Part shown: in pieces, positions 10,300 through 18,427 of the stretch
Layout: every line of letters starts with the position of its first letter
Position numbering within the stretch: the first letter of the stretch is position 1
Translations under genes and position numbers: made by a program
IMG/VR virus record: IMGVR_UViG_3300035698_022190
Span: 62,001-126,000 of that record
DNA: 64,000 bases
Reading direction: 5' to 3' (one strand)
The notes under the pieces: model-generated
The model's database searches: none
What the model was told of the DNA's origin: nothing
What the model saw: the letters and a program-made list of their open reading frames with translations, nothing else

Positions 10300-11613
10300 T
10301 TAGTCTAACAGTTTAGCTAACTCAGTTTCTAATAGTTTTCTTTTGTCTTTCCATTGAAAATTAGTCTGTACATTTTTAATACATTCAATCCTTACTTCTT
10401 TTTCCCCTGTTCCTAAAGCTTTCCACCGCTTATACTCAACTTCTAAAGCCTCTACCATCTTCCATACATCCATTAAAGGTCTAAGGTGAGCGTTATCTAA
10501 GGCTTGATTAAAGACAGCTACATTAGGAATTTGATGGCCTGTACCTCTTAACATCTCTGGTATTGCAGAATTTTTAGGAGCTATACTAGGAGTTCCAGCG
10601 GCTGCAGCTTCTATTAAAGATAGTCCACACCCTTCTCCAAGTGTAGAGGTTATATTTAAATTAGCTGCATTATAAATTTTATTTACATCAGACTGTGGAA
10701 CTTCTTCGCTATATATTTTTTTAGCATTTATATTTATCATACCTGCTTTTAAATCTGTATCAGTAAACCCTGCATTTAAGGCGTGATTTTGTAGAAGGTT
10801 AGCTCTACCCCGTCCCATTGACATTTCTTGAGCTAACATGTGCAAATATAAAGTTACATCTTCTTTGGGGCTATCAACCGTCTTTATAATATCTGTAGAT
10901 GGGCACATATTTAAATCACATCTGGCTTTGTTTAAAGGCATTATGTTTCCACATTTACATTTTTTGTATCCTTTAGCAAATATGCTCCAAGCGCGAAGAG
11001 TTAATGGAATGGCTTTACGGGGTTGAAATCTATTAACATTACAAACTACAAATCTTTTATCCCATTTAAACTCTTTTCTTAAAGCTATTGTTTGTTCTGG
11101 GCTAACTGGAAAAAAAGTATTAAAATTAACACCATGATAAAGTTTTATCATGTCCCTGGTTAATCCTGGTAGAGCTTCTTGTATAACAGAACGTGCCCAC
11201 TCACTGTATATAAATATCGTATCGGCGCGCTCTAAAACATTTTTCCACCCAATTGAAAATGGAGCCCCATCTATAGGAAAATATACAGCCACTTTGGTTT
11301 CATTTTCTTTTAAAATTTTATCAATACGTGGAAGCACTTCAGAGATATGAAATATGTCTTGGAACATTAGGAAAATATCGGGCTTAGTTTTTTCTAGAAT
11401 AGTTTTTAAACGCATCTGTCCAAGCATATCTTCTCTTGTGACACTATACACAAAATACTTAGAAGTGTCATATCTTTTATCGCCTAAGTAATTGATGGCT
11501 AAAATAGATACGTCATAGGTTTTATGAAGTTCGGAAAAAAGGTTTTTGGCTACGACTCCGAAGCCGGTGTCCACGACAAAATCACACCAGCATAAAAGTT
11601 TGGGTTTTTTCAT
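10300..11613 (-). CDS. GT-B family 4 glycosyltransferase
   Basis: TGFGVV N-terminus, NVNRFQPRK, GEGCGLSLIEAAAAGTP motif. Confidence 0.88.
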   Translation of the reverse strand: MKKPKLLCWCDFVVDTGFGVVAKNLFSELHKTYDVSILAINYLGDKRYDTSKYFVYSVTREDMLGQMRLKTILEKTKPDIFLMFQDIFHISEVLPRIDKILKENETKVAVYFPIDGAPFSIGWKNVLERADTIFIYSEWARSVIQEALPGLTRDMIKLYHGVNFNTFFPVSPEQTIALRKEFKWDKRFVVCNVNRFQPRKAIPLTLRAWSIFAKGYKKCKCGNIMPLNKARCDLNMCPSTDIIKTVDSPKEDVTLYLHMLAQEMSMGRGRANLLQNHALNAGFTDTDLKAGMININAKKIYSEEVPQSDVNKIYNAANLNITSTLGEGCGLSLIEAAAAGTPSIAPKNSAIPEMLRGTGHQIPNVAVFNQALDNAHLRPLMDVWKMVEALEVEYKRWKALGTGEKEVRIECIKNVQTNFQWKDKRKLLETELAKLLD

Positions 11614-11644
11614 TTATAGAAATTGGTTATTAAACTGTTACTTT

Positions 11645-11673
11645 AATATAAACATTGTAGAGTTTAAAGTCAA
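11645..11673 (-). promoter_or_regulatory. sigma70-type promoter TTGACT-N17-TATATT
   Basis: Upstream of glycosyltransferase. Confidence 0.65.
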
Positions 11674-11684
11674 TTTTTAAGTTA

Positions 11685-11713
11685 AAAAAAGGGAATATAA
11701 GTATTCCCTTTTT
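11685..11713. terminator. Intrinsic terminator closing the RT-ncRNA array transcript
   Basis: AAAAAAGGGAATA-TAAG-TATTCCCTTTTT. Confidence 0.8.
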
Positions 11714-11734
11714 AAACGGTGTGTATGCTTTCGC

Positions 11735-12727
11735 ACTGTGTATATTAAACTTATCTACTTAAGATACGTAATTCCTTCTTAGGTGGAATCCTATACACGA
11801 ACTGACATCTCAGACCACGGCATCTCCAGTCGCCCGCTTCTCCTGCTTCCGGGTTTGTTCACGGCGCCTTCGATCCTCATCGATCGTGAGGTTGGGGCCG
11901 GTCAATAAGTACAGCGGTATTTTCTGCCTAGGTCCCATAGCTAGCTGCGGCCTTAGCACGACGGAGACCGACGGGCTTTAGAACCGGGCTGAGCTCTGCG
12001 CCATCCCATGGAGAGAAGCAGACGCCGCACGTAGTGCGAGATCCGGGACTCTGATGGAGGGCGAGTACTCGAAGAAGTTACGGCTAAAAAGTCATAAAGT
12101 CAAGGAGCTTTTGGAACACGGGCCTTCGGGAGCGCAGCGCTGCTGCGGTTCGAAGGTACCTTCCGTTCGCGACCTGTCGCACCGGCTATTGAAACGTTGC
12201 CAGTACTCTGGTGGCGGACGCGGGATACACGGTCCACATTTACATGTGCACGTGTCGCCGCGACCCCAGTCATCCGGGTGATCACCGGCTCAGTGCCCGC
12301 TGGGCATTTGGCTGGAGACCTCGAGAAGAGATGGAGGCCCACGACGTTCTTGGCCTGAATTCGCGAGACGTGTCTCACCGGCCTGGCATTCCAAAAGGAG
12401 CCGCGTCTTCGGCGCAGTACCTGCAGCTGTTAAGCCGCGTCGACATGCGGGAGGAGTTGGGGCCTGGAATGCACGCTCACATTACTGCGGGTCGTGGGGA
12501 TGTGTGGATATCAGTCAGAATGAATGACCGTTGGAAATAAATCCGATCGCGCAGCTTCTTGTAGGGCACGGCTTCCGGTTGATTCGGTGTTTTACCGAAT
12601 TCAAGTATTAAGGATGTCGTGGCTCTCAAGAGCTGTCGCACCAGGATTTATTTTGCAGCGGACATTCGTCCTTCGTTAGAAACGAAGCGTTTCTAAATTA
12701 GTAGTTCTGCGATTCTTATAATCACAC
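11735..12727 (-). ncRNA. Retron-like cassette G (giant, GC-rich, palindrome-dense); boundaries tentative
   Basis: Conserved hairpin AGAAACG-CUU-CGUUUCU (12678-12694); imperfect terminal IR 11738-11749/12716-12727; ~57% GC core. Confidence 0.5.
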
Positions 12728-12734
12728 TACCGAC

Positions 12735-13031
12735 AATTTTATACTGTGTGTAACATTTTTAGGGAAATAATATTAGTTGATACCCTTTTTGGTTGCGTGT
12801 GGCCATAAGCGGGCAAGAAAGCGGAACGCTTGACTTGACCGGTATGGACTGACGACCCAAAAGTGGGTAGACAACTCATAATATTTCCTTCAAGTTATAT
12901 ACAAGACTGTGACCCTGGAAAGAGGGAGGGTGCAGGTGAGAATATAACTTTCTTCTGTTTTTTAAAAAACAGTCACGGAAAGCGAAACACTTCCCCTGTC
13001 TTATTTTCATAAAACATACTTCTATAAAATT
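12735..13031 (-). ncRNA. Retron-like msr/msd cassette F
   Basis: IR AATTTTATA/TATAAAATT, G13022 opposite G12744, hairpin GGAAGUG-UUU-CGCUUUCC, long hairpin 12761-12890. Confidence 0.75.
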
Positions 13032-13036
13032 TGTGT

Positions 13037-13270
13037 TTTGTTATACTGAGTCGTGAGGCGTAGCAACCGCGTCACTCAATGCAGTACTGGGAGCTTCAGG
13101 TTTGTCGTTTAGACGTTCTTGGAGCGCTCAAGGCCCTTTCTTCACGAGAAGGGCGGCTAGGCGCCCACCTGAAGCGCAATACTGCTTCATTTATTGTAAT
13201 GCTCATCACAATAACGTCTATAAAAACGAAACGTTTCTATTGATCTTATTGATCTATACTCTATAACTAA
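13037..13270 (-). ncRNA. Retron-like msr/msd cassette E
   Basis: IR TTTGTTATA/TATAACTAA, G13261 opposite G13046, hairpin AGAAACG-UUU-CGUUUUU, long hairpin 13081-13185. Confidence 0.75.
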
Positions 13271-13276
13271 TTTTTT

Positions 13277-13565
13277 TTAACTATACTAAAGAAGTGATAA
13301 CTTCTTTTCTAAGGAGAAAATGTATATTCCTGTCAACCGGTTAGAGACCGGTCGATTAAAATTTTAGACAGCGGGATTCCAAAGAAGACCCGAAGAATCC
13401 TGAGGGGCTTCTGAGAATCAGATGTTCTAAAATTGTTAATCCAAGACCGGGTGCTTACCGGTAGGAGTATATACTTCATCCGTGGTGTGGCAAATTGCTT
13501 CACCCTCAATAGAGACGAAACGTCCCCAACAGTGTTTACACACTGGATAAGAAAACTATAGTTAA
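13277..13565 (-). ncRNA. Retron-like msr/msd cassette D
   Basis: IR TTAACTATA/TATAGTTAA, G13556 opposite G13286, hairpin GGGACG-UUU-CGUCUC, long hairpin 13321-13472. Confidence 0.78.
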
Positions 13566-13578
13566 GTTTTGTTGTTTG

Positions 13579-13820
13579 ATAATTATACTAAATCCCCTAG
13601 GGGATTGGTCATTCAAGAGGTTTTGAGCCGTTGCTCTGCTCCCGGTAGTTAAAACATCTCTGATTTAACTGGCGGGTGGAGATCAACGGGCTACGAAACC
13701 TTTTGTCCATATACCGCTGTTCTACCCCATTAGTGCGGGATATGTAATTAAGACTTTAATAGTCTACCTGCAAGAACGAATCATTCTTTCTGGATATTGC
13801 TTCCAATGTACTATAATTAT
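13579..13820 (-). ncRNA. Retron-like msr/msd cassette C
   Basis: IR ATAATTATA/TATAATTAT, G13811 opposite G13588, hairpin AAGAAUG-AUU-CGUUCUU, long hairpin 13614-13705. Confidence 0.78.
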
Positions 13821-14035
13821 TCAAATTTGTTTATGTTCTTTTCTTCTTGTAGGGACAACTTATAATATTCTGTTATTAGTGGTCTTAGTTCTCTGATACC
13901 TTTTCTAGCGGGTCTTCCATATTTTTTTATACCAAATAAGAAAAATCGCTTATGTGGATGACTAAATTCCTCTAGCTTTGCCTTAATATCTTTTACTATA
14001 TCATTAGTTGTTCTTACGCTTGTACTTTGTTCCAT
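13817..14035 (-). CDS. Small basic protein, histone H1-like (Hc1-type) candidate
   Basis: G.K..GRPARK..REL..LI.EY.KLS pattern resembles Bacteroidota Hc1-like proteins. Confidence 0.45.
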   Translation of the reverse strand: MEQSTSVRTTNDIVKDIKAKLEEFSHPHKRFFLFGIKKYGRPARKGIRELRPLITEYYKLSLQEEKNINKFE

Positions 14036-14751
14036 GTTTTTCCTCGTGTTTTATTTGAGCGCCAACATTTATTACAATGTGTGCAGCTCATATTATGTGC
14101 GAGAAGCCCACTGTCACAGGGACACTGTGCTTTGATGGTCTGCGCTTTTTCACGTTCTTCTTTTGTTCGTCCTATAGTGAAAAAGACATCGAGTTTATAC
14201 CCTTTCTTTAGCCAATGTTTGCAATCATCCGAAATACCAGTAAATGCATATGCTGTGTCCGGACGTGAACGATAGGTTTGAGTTGCTTTATAATTGGCTA
14301 AAATGTTTTGATTATCAAAACTAAAAAGGATATTCGTTAAGTTTTTTAACTTTAATACTTTATCTAATTCAGGGCGCATTTTTGCGCTTGTTAGATTTTT
14401 TGAAATAATATAAAATCTAAAATTTAATGCCTTTAAAAATTCATAATGTTCAGGAACATAATCTCCTGATCCATACATACGAACAGGTAACTTGTCTAAG
14501 CGAGTATACTGTTTTGCTTTGCTGTTTCTTAGTTTTTCGTATTCTTTGTTTAACTGTTTTGCAAATGTTTCCGGTTTTGTTGTTGCCCAGTTGCTATTAC
14601 GTTTCATTTTATCCCAGTAAGCCGGATATATTCTTTCTAGATTTCCAACATAGCAGTAATCGCAAATTTGATTGCAAGTTTTAGCTCTGTCGAAATCGAT
14701 TGAAAGTACCGTCTTACTATTATTAGTAAAAGCTTGCACCTGCATCAACAT
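14014..14751 (-). CDS. Radical-SAM-like Fe-S protein (phage Gp88-like)
   Basis: CNQICDYCY (Cx3Cx2C), RMYGSGD, C-terminal CPC...CTHCNKCW. Confidence 0.6.
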   Translation of the reverse strand: MLMQVQAFTNNSKTVLSIDFDRAKTCNQICDYCYVGNLERIYPAYWDKMKRNSNWATTKPETFAKQLNKEYEKLRNSKAKQYTRLDKLPVRMYGSGDYVPEHYEFLKALNFRFYIISKNLTSAKMRPELDKVLKLKNLTNILFSFDNQNILANYKATQTYRSRPDTAYAFTGISDDCKHWLKKGYKLDVFFTIGRTKEEREKAQTIKAQCPCDSGLLAHNMSCTHCNKCWRSNKTRGKTWNKVQA

Positions 14752-14763
14752 TTTTCGGTTAAC

Positions 14764-14988
14764 TTAGTTTAATGTATCTGTACTTTTTTTTGCTTTAGTT
14801 TCGTCGTACTTCTTAGAAACTCCCTTCATGTAGTCTTCATAGCTAACGGGAATTATGTTCGATAAGTGAGAATCACGAATTTTTTTGCTTATATTGAGGG
14901 CATCAATGATGTCATCAGTACGAACAAATAAAACTCGCGACTCACTTAAGTTTTTCCCTGTTTCCAGACTAATCTTAAAGTGTTGCAT
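14764..14988 (-). CDS. Small hypothetical protein
   Basis: ORF with GGAAAG upstream, in RT operon. Confidence 0.6.
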   Translation of the reverse strand: MQHFKISLETGKNLSESRVLFVRTDDIIDALNISKKIRDSHLSNIIPVSYEDYMKGVSKKYDETKAKKSTDTLN

Positions 14989-15193
14989 TGTATATTTCTT
15001 TCCGTATTTTGTGTGTTTTACTTCACGTTTTCAGTCTTACTGTTTTGCTCTATTCAATGTTGTGTTCGGCTAAGGCTGCAATCAATCTGCCTGCTGCGGC
15101 TATTATAATAAGCCACGTTTGCCGAGAAATTCTCTGATAGAACATAACTGTGTTCCCTGGTTACGTTTGGTAAAGTATGTATATATTATTCCA

Positions 15194-15787
15194 TTATCGT
15201 TTCTTTTTAGGAACTTCTATTGTACAATACATAAATAAAAATCTTCTACATTCTCCGAGAAGTTTTTGTATTTGGATTCTTATTTTTTTAGTATCTTTAG
15301 TCCCTAAGGAACTAGAGATTGTGGTTTTTTTATCCGTCCATTTATAAGTGAAGCCTCTTTGTTTTGAAACACGTCTCGCTGCCGGGACTTTATAAAAGGT
15401 TTGACTTAATCCTAAACGTCTGCGACCTTTTGTATTTTCAATACATAGACGCATATATTCATTTTGTGAGTATCTAGTTATTTCAGTAAATTCGTGTTTT
15501 ACAATCCCTTTAAACTCTATAAATTGGGTTGCGGGTGTTTTGAACTGACTCCACCCAAAAGGTAAATATATTTCTATTAAAGCTGGAAATTCTAGTTTAT
15601 TATAAGCTTCAAATAAAGTTAGGAAGTCAGTTTCCCATAAGCTTTCAGTAGCTGCTTTCCCCGATGGGGATTCAGGCTGTTTATCCACTCGATCTGGCCC
15701 CGTATTTTCTGCCGATCCTTGAGCTGTAACTTTACGGAATCTTTTGATAGATTGAATAGCTTCGCCCTCAGATTTCTCCACTTCCAT
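15194..15787 (-). CDS. Basic hypothetical protein overlapping RT 3' end (candidate RT partner); start uncertain
   Basis: Open frame directly downstream of and overlapping RT. Confidence 0.6.
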   Translation of the reverse strand: MEVEKSEGEAIQSIKRFRKVTAQGSAENTGPDRVDKQPESPSGKAATESLWETDFLTLFEAYNKLEFPALIEIYLPFGWSQFKTPATQFIEFKGIVKHEFTEITRYSQNEYMRLCIENTKGRRRLGLSQTFYKVPAARRVSKQRGFTYKWTDKKTTISSSLGTKDTKKIRIQIQKLLGECRRFLFMYCTIEVPKKKR

Positions 15788-16521
15788 TTGGGTACTCCTA
15801 ATTTATCATTGACTACTACACCTGTAACGCTCATTCTTCTGTGAGGTCGCATAATGCGTGTTTTTTTATAATTTAATTTAAAGCCCTGTTCTTTTATTAT
15901 ACCAATAATTTCAGCAATATCATCAACCGTAAATTCATATTTTGGCGCTGGGTGAGAGAAAGCCAAATCATCCGCATAACGTGTATATGTTAGCCCACGT
16001 TTTTTGCTGAAAGTTTGCAAAGCTATGTCCATTTTCATACTAATTAGATTAGCCATTGCTGGACTAGTCGGAGCACCCTGAGGTAAACGATACTTATAAG
16101 TGACCAGCTCTGCTAATAAAACAGCAGCGTTTGTTGAAAATTGAAATTCTTTATCCCTGGCTTCTAATTTTTTTCCTAAATAAGTTATTTCTCTTACAAC
16201 ATGGTTGAAGCTTACAGTATGAAAAAAATTACTTAGGTCCATACATAAAATAACTTTGTTCCCTAAATGTCTTTTTGCACCAGTAGATACACCATAATTT
16301 TTTCTAAAGCCTACTGCCGCACCATGTGGTCGAAATCGATATAAAAATTTATATAAAATAGACACTTGTAAATCTTTTAGTTCTTGTTGTGGCGCGTCAA
16401 TCCAACGTTTCTTTCCATTAGATTTTGAGATTGGATAACTTAAATAATGGTTCTTTTTATCCATTATTACTCTTGTAAGCTCATCCGCGCTCTTACCTAA
16501 CATGTCATATATTGTTGCCAT
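15619..16521 (-). CDS. Retron-type reverse transcriptase
   Basis: K.NGKKRWIDAP, GAKRH (region X), DLSNFF, LPQGAPTSP, YTRYADD, VTG (region Y); start probably ATG 16521. Confidence 0.95.
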   Translation of the reverse strand: MATIYDMLGKSADELTRVIMDKKNHYLSYPISKSNGKKRWIDAPQQELKDLQVSILYKFLYRFRPHGAAVGFRKNYGVSTGAKRHLGNKVILCMDLSNFFHTVSFNHVVREITYLGKKLEARDKEFQFSTNAAVLLAELVTYKYRLPQGAPTSPAMANLISMKMDIALQTFSKKRGLTYTRYADDLAFSHPAPKYEFTVDDIAEIIGIIKEQGFKLNYKKTRIMRPHRRMSVTGVVVNDKLGVPKWKWRNLRAKLFNLSKDSVKLQLKDRQKIRGQIEWINSLNPHRGKQLLKAYGKLTS

Positions 16522-16566
16522 TTTCGTAGTTATCTCTTTTATAGGGCGCAGCAAAGCTACGCCCTT

Positions 16567-16743
16567 CAGTTATACTAAGCTGTGCTACTATCAGTTAGTA
16601 GACAGCTTTTCTAGTAAATCGTCCGTTGAATTATACCAGTCAATCTGATTAATTCACACTATTATCTCTCCAAGAGCGTTTCGCTCTTTGTAATGCCTAC
16701 CTGTCTTTTAACTTCGCAATCGCAAGACCGGTTACTATAACTG
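16567..16743 (-). ncRNA. Retron-like cassette B (upstream of RT)
   Basis: IR CAGTTATA/TATAACTG, G16735 opposite G16575, hairpins 16577-16608, 16628-16655 and 16671-16690. Confidence 0.7.
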
Positions 16744-16910
16744 TACTATGTAACACGACAGATGGATCCCACTGGTTTTAATGTATTTACAGCGAGAGTG
16801 TAGAGCGTATTTTGCTCGCTACACTGAGCAGCGTATTATCATTTACTATTTGATTCTTGGGGTACGGATCGTACCCCTGAGTACTAGGTACAACATCTTT
16901 CTACAGTATA
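16736..16910 (-). ncRNA. Retron-like cassette A (upstream of RT)
   Basis: IR TATAACTGTA/TACAGTATA (one bulge), G16901 opposite G16746, hairpin GGGGUACG-AUC-CGUACCCC, hairpin 16797-16826. Confidence 0.65.
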
Positions 16911-16919
16911 ATTATTTTA

Positions 16920-17397
16920 CTACATATGAGAAAATATAGTAATAGCCAGTTTATCGGCGTGACTCTGCCGTAAATCACTTAAGATAGTAACACTATCAGA
17001 GAACTCTTCAAGAGTTCCTTTTGAATTCGCATGTGAATTAATTAATATAGAATATATTTTCACGTTGTTAGCTTTTTTCCAAGTCATATATGTAGCCAAC
17101 CAAGAATCTGTTACAGCACATAAACCATCAGTGATAAAAATTATATCACTTTTAGAGAACTCTTTTTTATCTGAAATAGTGTCTCGTGAGAGATCTAAAG
17201 CAGGTTCAAATCTTGTTCCCCCACTACTAAAATAGGTAGCCATATCAATAATTGTTCTTATATCATAGGCTTCCTTAGCTGGGAAATAATTTGTATGTAA
17301 TGATTCCTTTGGGCCAGCATCATAATGAATTACAAGAAAAGCTCTTTTTTGTGCTCTAGCTAAATCAAGTAAGCCAACTGCTACGGCTTTTGACCAT
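16920..17397 (-). CDS. VWA-domain protein (ViaA-like), exon 2
   Basis: WSKAVAVGL...GGTRFEPAL...DIIFITDG completes the MIDAS motif begun in exon 1. Confidence 0.88.
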
Positions 17398-17547
17398 CAG
17401 TTTGTTATCCTAAAAGTTTTTTATCTTTTAGTTCTATATGTTACCACATAGCTCGGCATATATTTTCACCTGTTCTAGGTGTCGGACACTCGTGGCAGGA
17501 TTATTGCTCGCTTAACGCTCACCTACTATGCTCTACGGTGCTAAATG

Positions 17548-18384
17548 CTATTTAGTTACCTCGGTATTGTCCCTTAGGAGTTCTACCGATTTTGCCCGAT
17601 TGTTATTCTTAATATTCCTACTAAGAACGGCATGTAATTCTTGACATACTTGGGTAGGATTATTTTTTATATCCTTTTCCCAAATGTAAATTATATTATA
17701 ATCTCTTTTTAAAAGATACTCGTGTTTATTTAAATCTCGTTGTACATTATTTTTTTGCATTTCATTAATGGACCCCTCTAAAAACAATTGAGGATCACAA
17801 TGCCAGTAAGATCCCTGGACTTCAATAACTGTATTATCAACTAAAAAATCCACCCAATATTTATTTATATGAACCTGTGTCTTAAAAGAAAGCAAGTTTA
17901 AAAACTTTTCAACTTCCTTTTCAATCCACGTACTTTTTCTATAAATTAATTTTTGTTTTCGTGCTGCATGCTCCACGCTTTTCCATGTTCGCTTTAGTTT
18001 TTTAGCAATGGCTGTTAAAGGCAGTTTGTAAAAGTTTTTATTTAAAAAATCTTTTTCTTTTAGAGTCCATGCCTTTAAACGTTGTGATTTTCCTAACTCC
18101 CACAATTTTGTTGAGACTGCACTAGTGCTTCGGCCCAACTGCTCTGAAATTTTAGTTAATTCTAAGGGAGTTGCATATAGTTGTAACAGTTTTTGAATTT
18201 CTTTAAGAGACCAATCAGGTTTTTGAGTGTTTATTTTTCGCCCCAATCGTCGCTCTTCTCTTTCTTTACGTAAATACTTATCACATATTTTACATTGAGA
18301 TTGTAAATATTTTCCACCCTGTCTTTTATAAAATTTAGACACAGGTTTAGAAATTTTACACTTTGTACATATTTTTTCTTTCAT
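17548..18384 (-). CDS. Intron-encoded homing endonuclease (Vsr/EDxHD-like) with Zn finger and HTH repeats
   Basis: CTKC..CKIC, W-repeat HTHs, VDFL...IEVQGSYWHC, YIWEKD. Confidence 0.85.
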   Translation of the reverse strand: MKEKICTKCKISKPVSKFYKRQGGKYLQSQCKICDKYLRKEREERRLGRKINTQKPDWSLKEIQKLLQLYATPLELTKISEQLGRSTSAVSTKLWELGKSQRLKAWTLKEKDFLNKNFYKLPLTAIAKKLKRTWKSVEHAARKQKLIYRKSTWIEKEVEKFLNLLSFKTQVHINKYWVDFLVDNTVIEVQGSYWHCDPQLFLEGSINEMQKNNVQRDLNKHEYLLKRDYNIIYIWEKDIKNNPTQVCQELHAVLSRNIKNNNRAKSVELLRDNTEVTK

Positions 18385-18389
18385 ACTTT

Positions 18390-18418
18390 AATATACACAT
18401 GATTTATATATTTGTCAA
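18390..18418 (-). promoter_or_regulatory. Intron-internal sigma70 promoter TTGACA-N17-TATATT
   Basis: Perfect -35; ATG 5 nt after -10 box. Confidence 0.75.
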
Positions 18419-18427
18419 GTTTTTTTT

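Larger units (their letters stand above)
17398..18427 (-). mobile_element. Group I intron in VWA gene
   Basis: 5' exon ends in U (GAG GT|), intron ends in G (CTG|A TGG); splicing restores EPEVWSKA; P/Q/R/S-like core elements at 17450-17600. Confidence 0.9.

Noticed and set aside
12054-12540. ORFs 12054..12281, 12100..12378 and 12211..12540 as genes
   Set aside because: Short, mutually overlapping, no clear RBS, and composition unlike other genes; expected by chance in a GC-rich island.
12735-13820. CRISPR array
   Set aside because: No identical direct repeats, period ~240-300 nt, and no cas genes; conservation is structural.
15619-16521. DGR or group II intron RT
   Set aside because: Has retron QGAPTSP/VTG features; lacks the DGR SQ motif, any TR/VR pair, maturase/endonuclease domains and a domain V.
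17398-18427. Intein in the VWA gene
   Set aside because: The insertion contains stops, a frame change and group I splice signatures.
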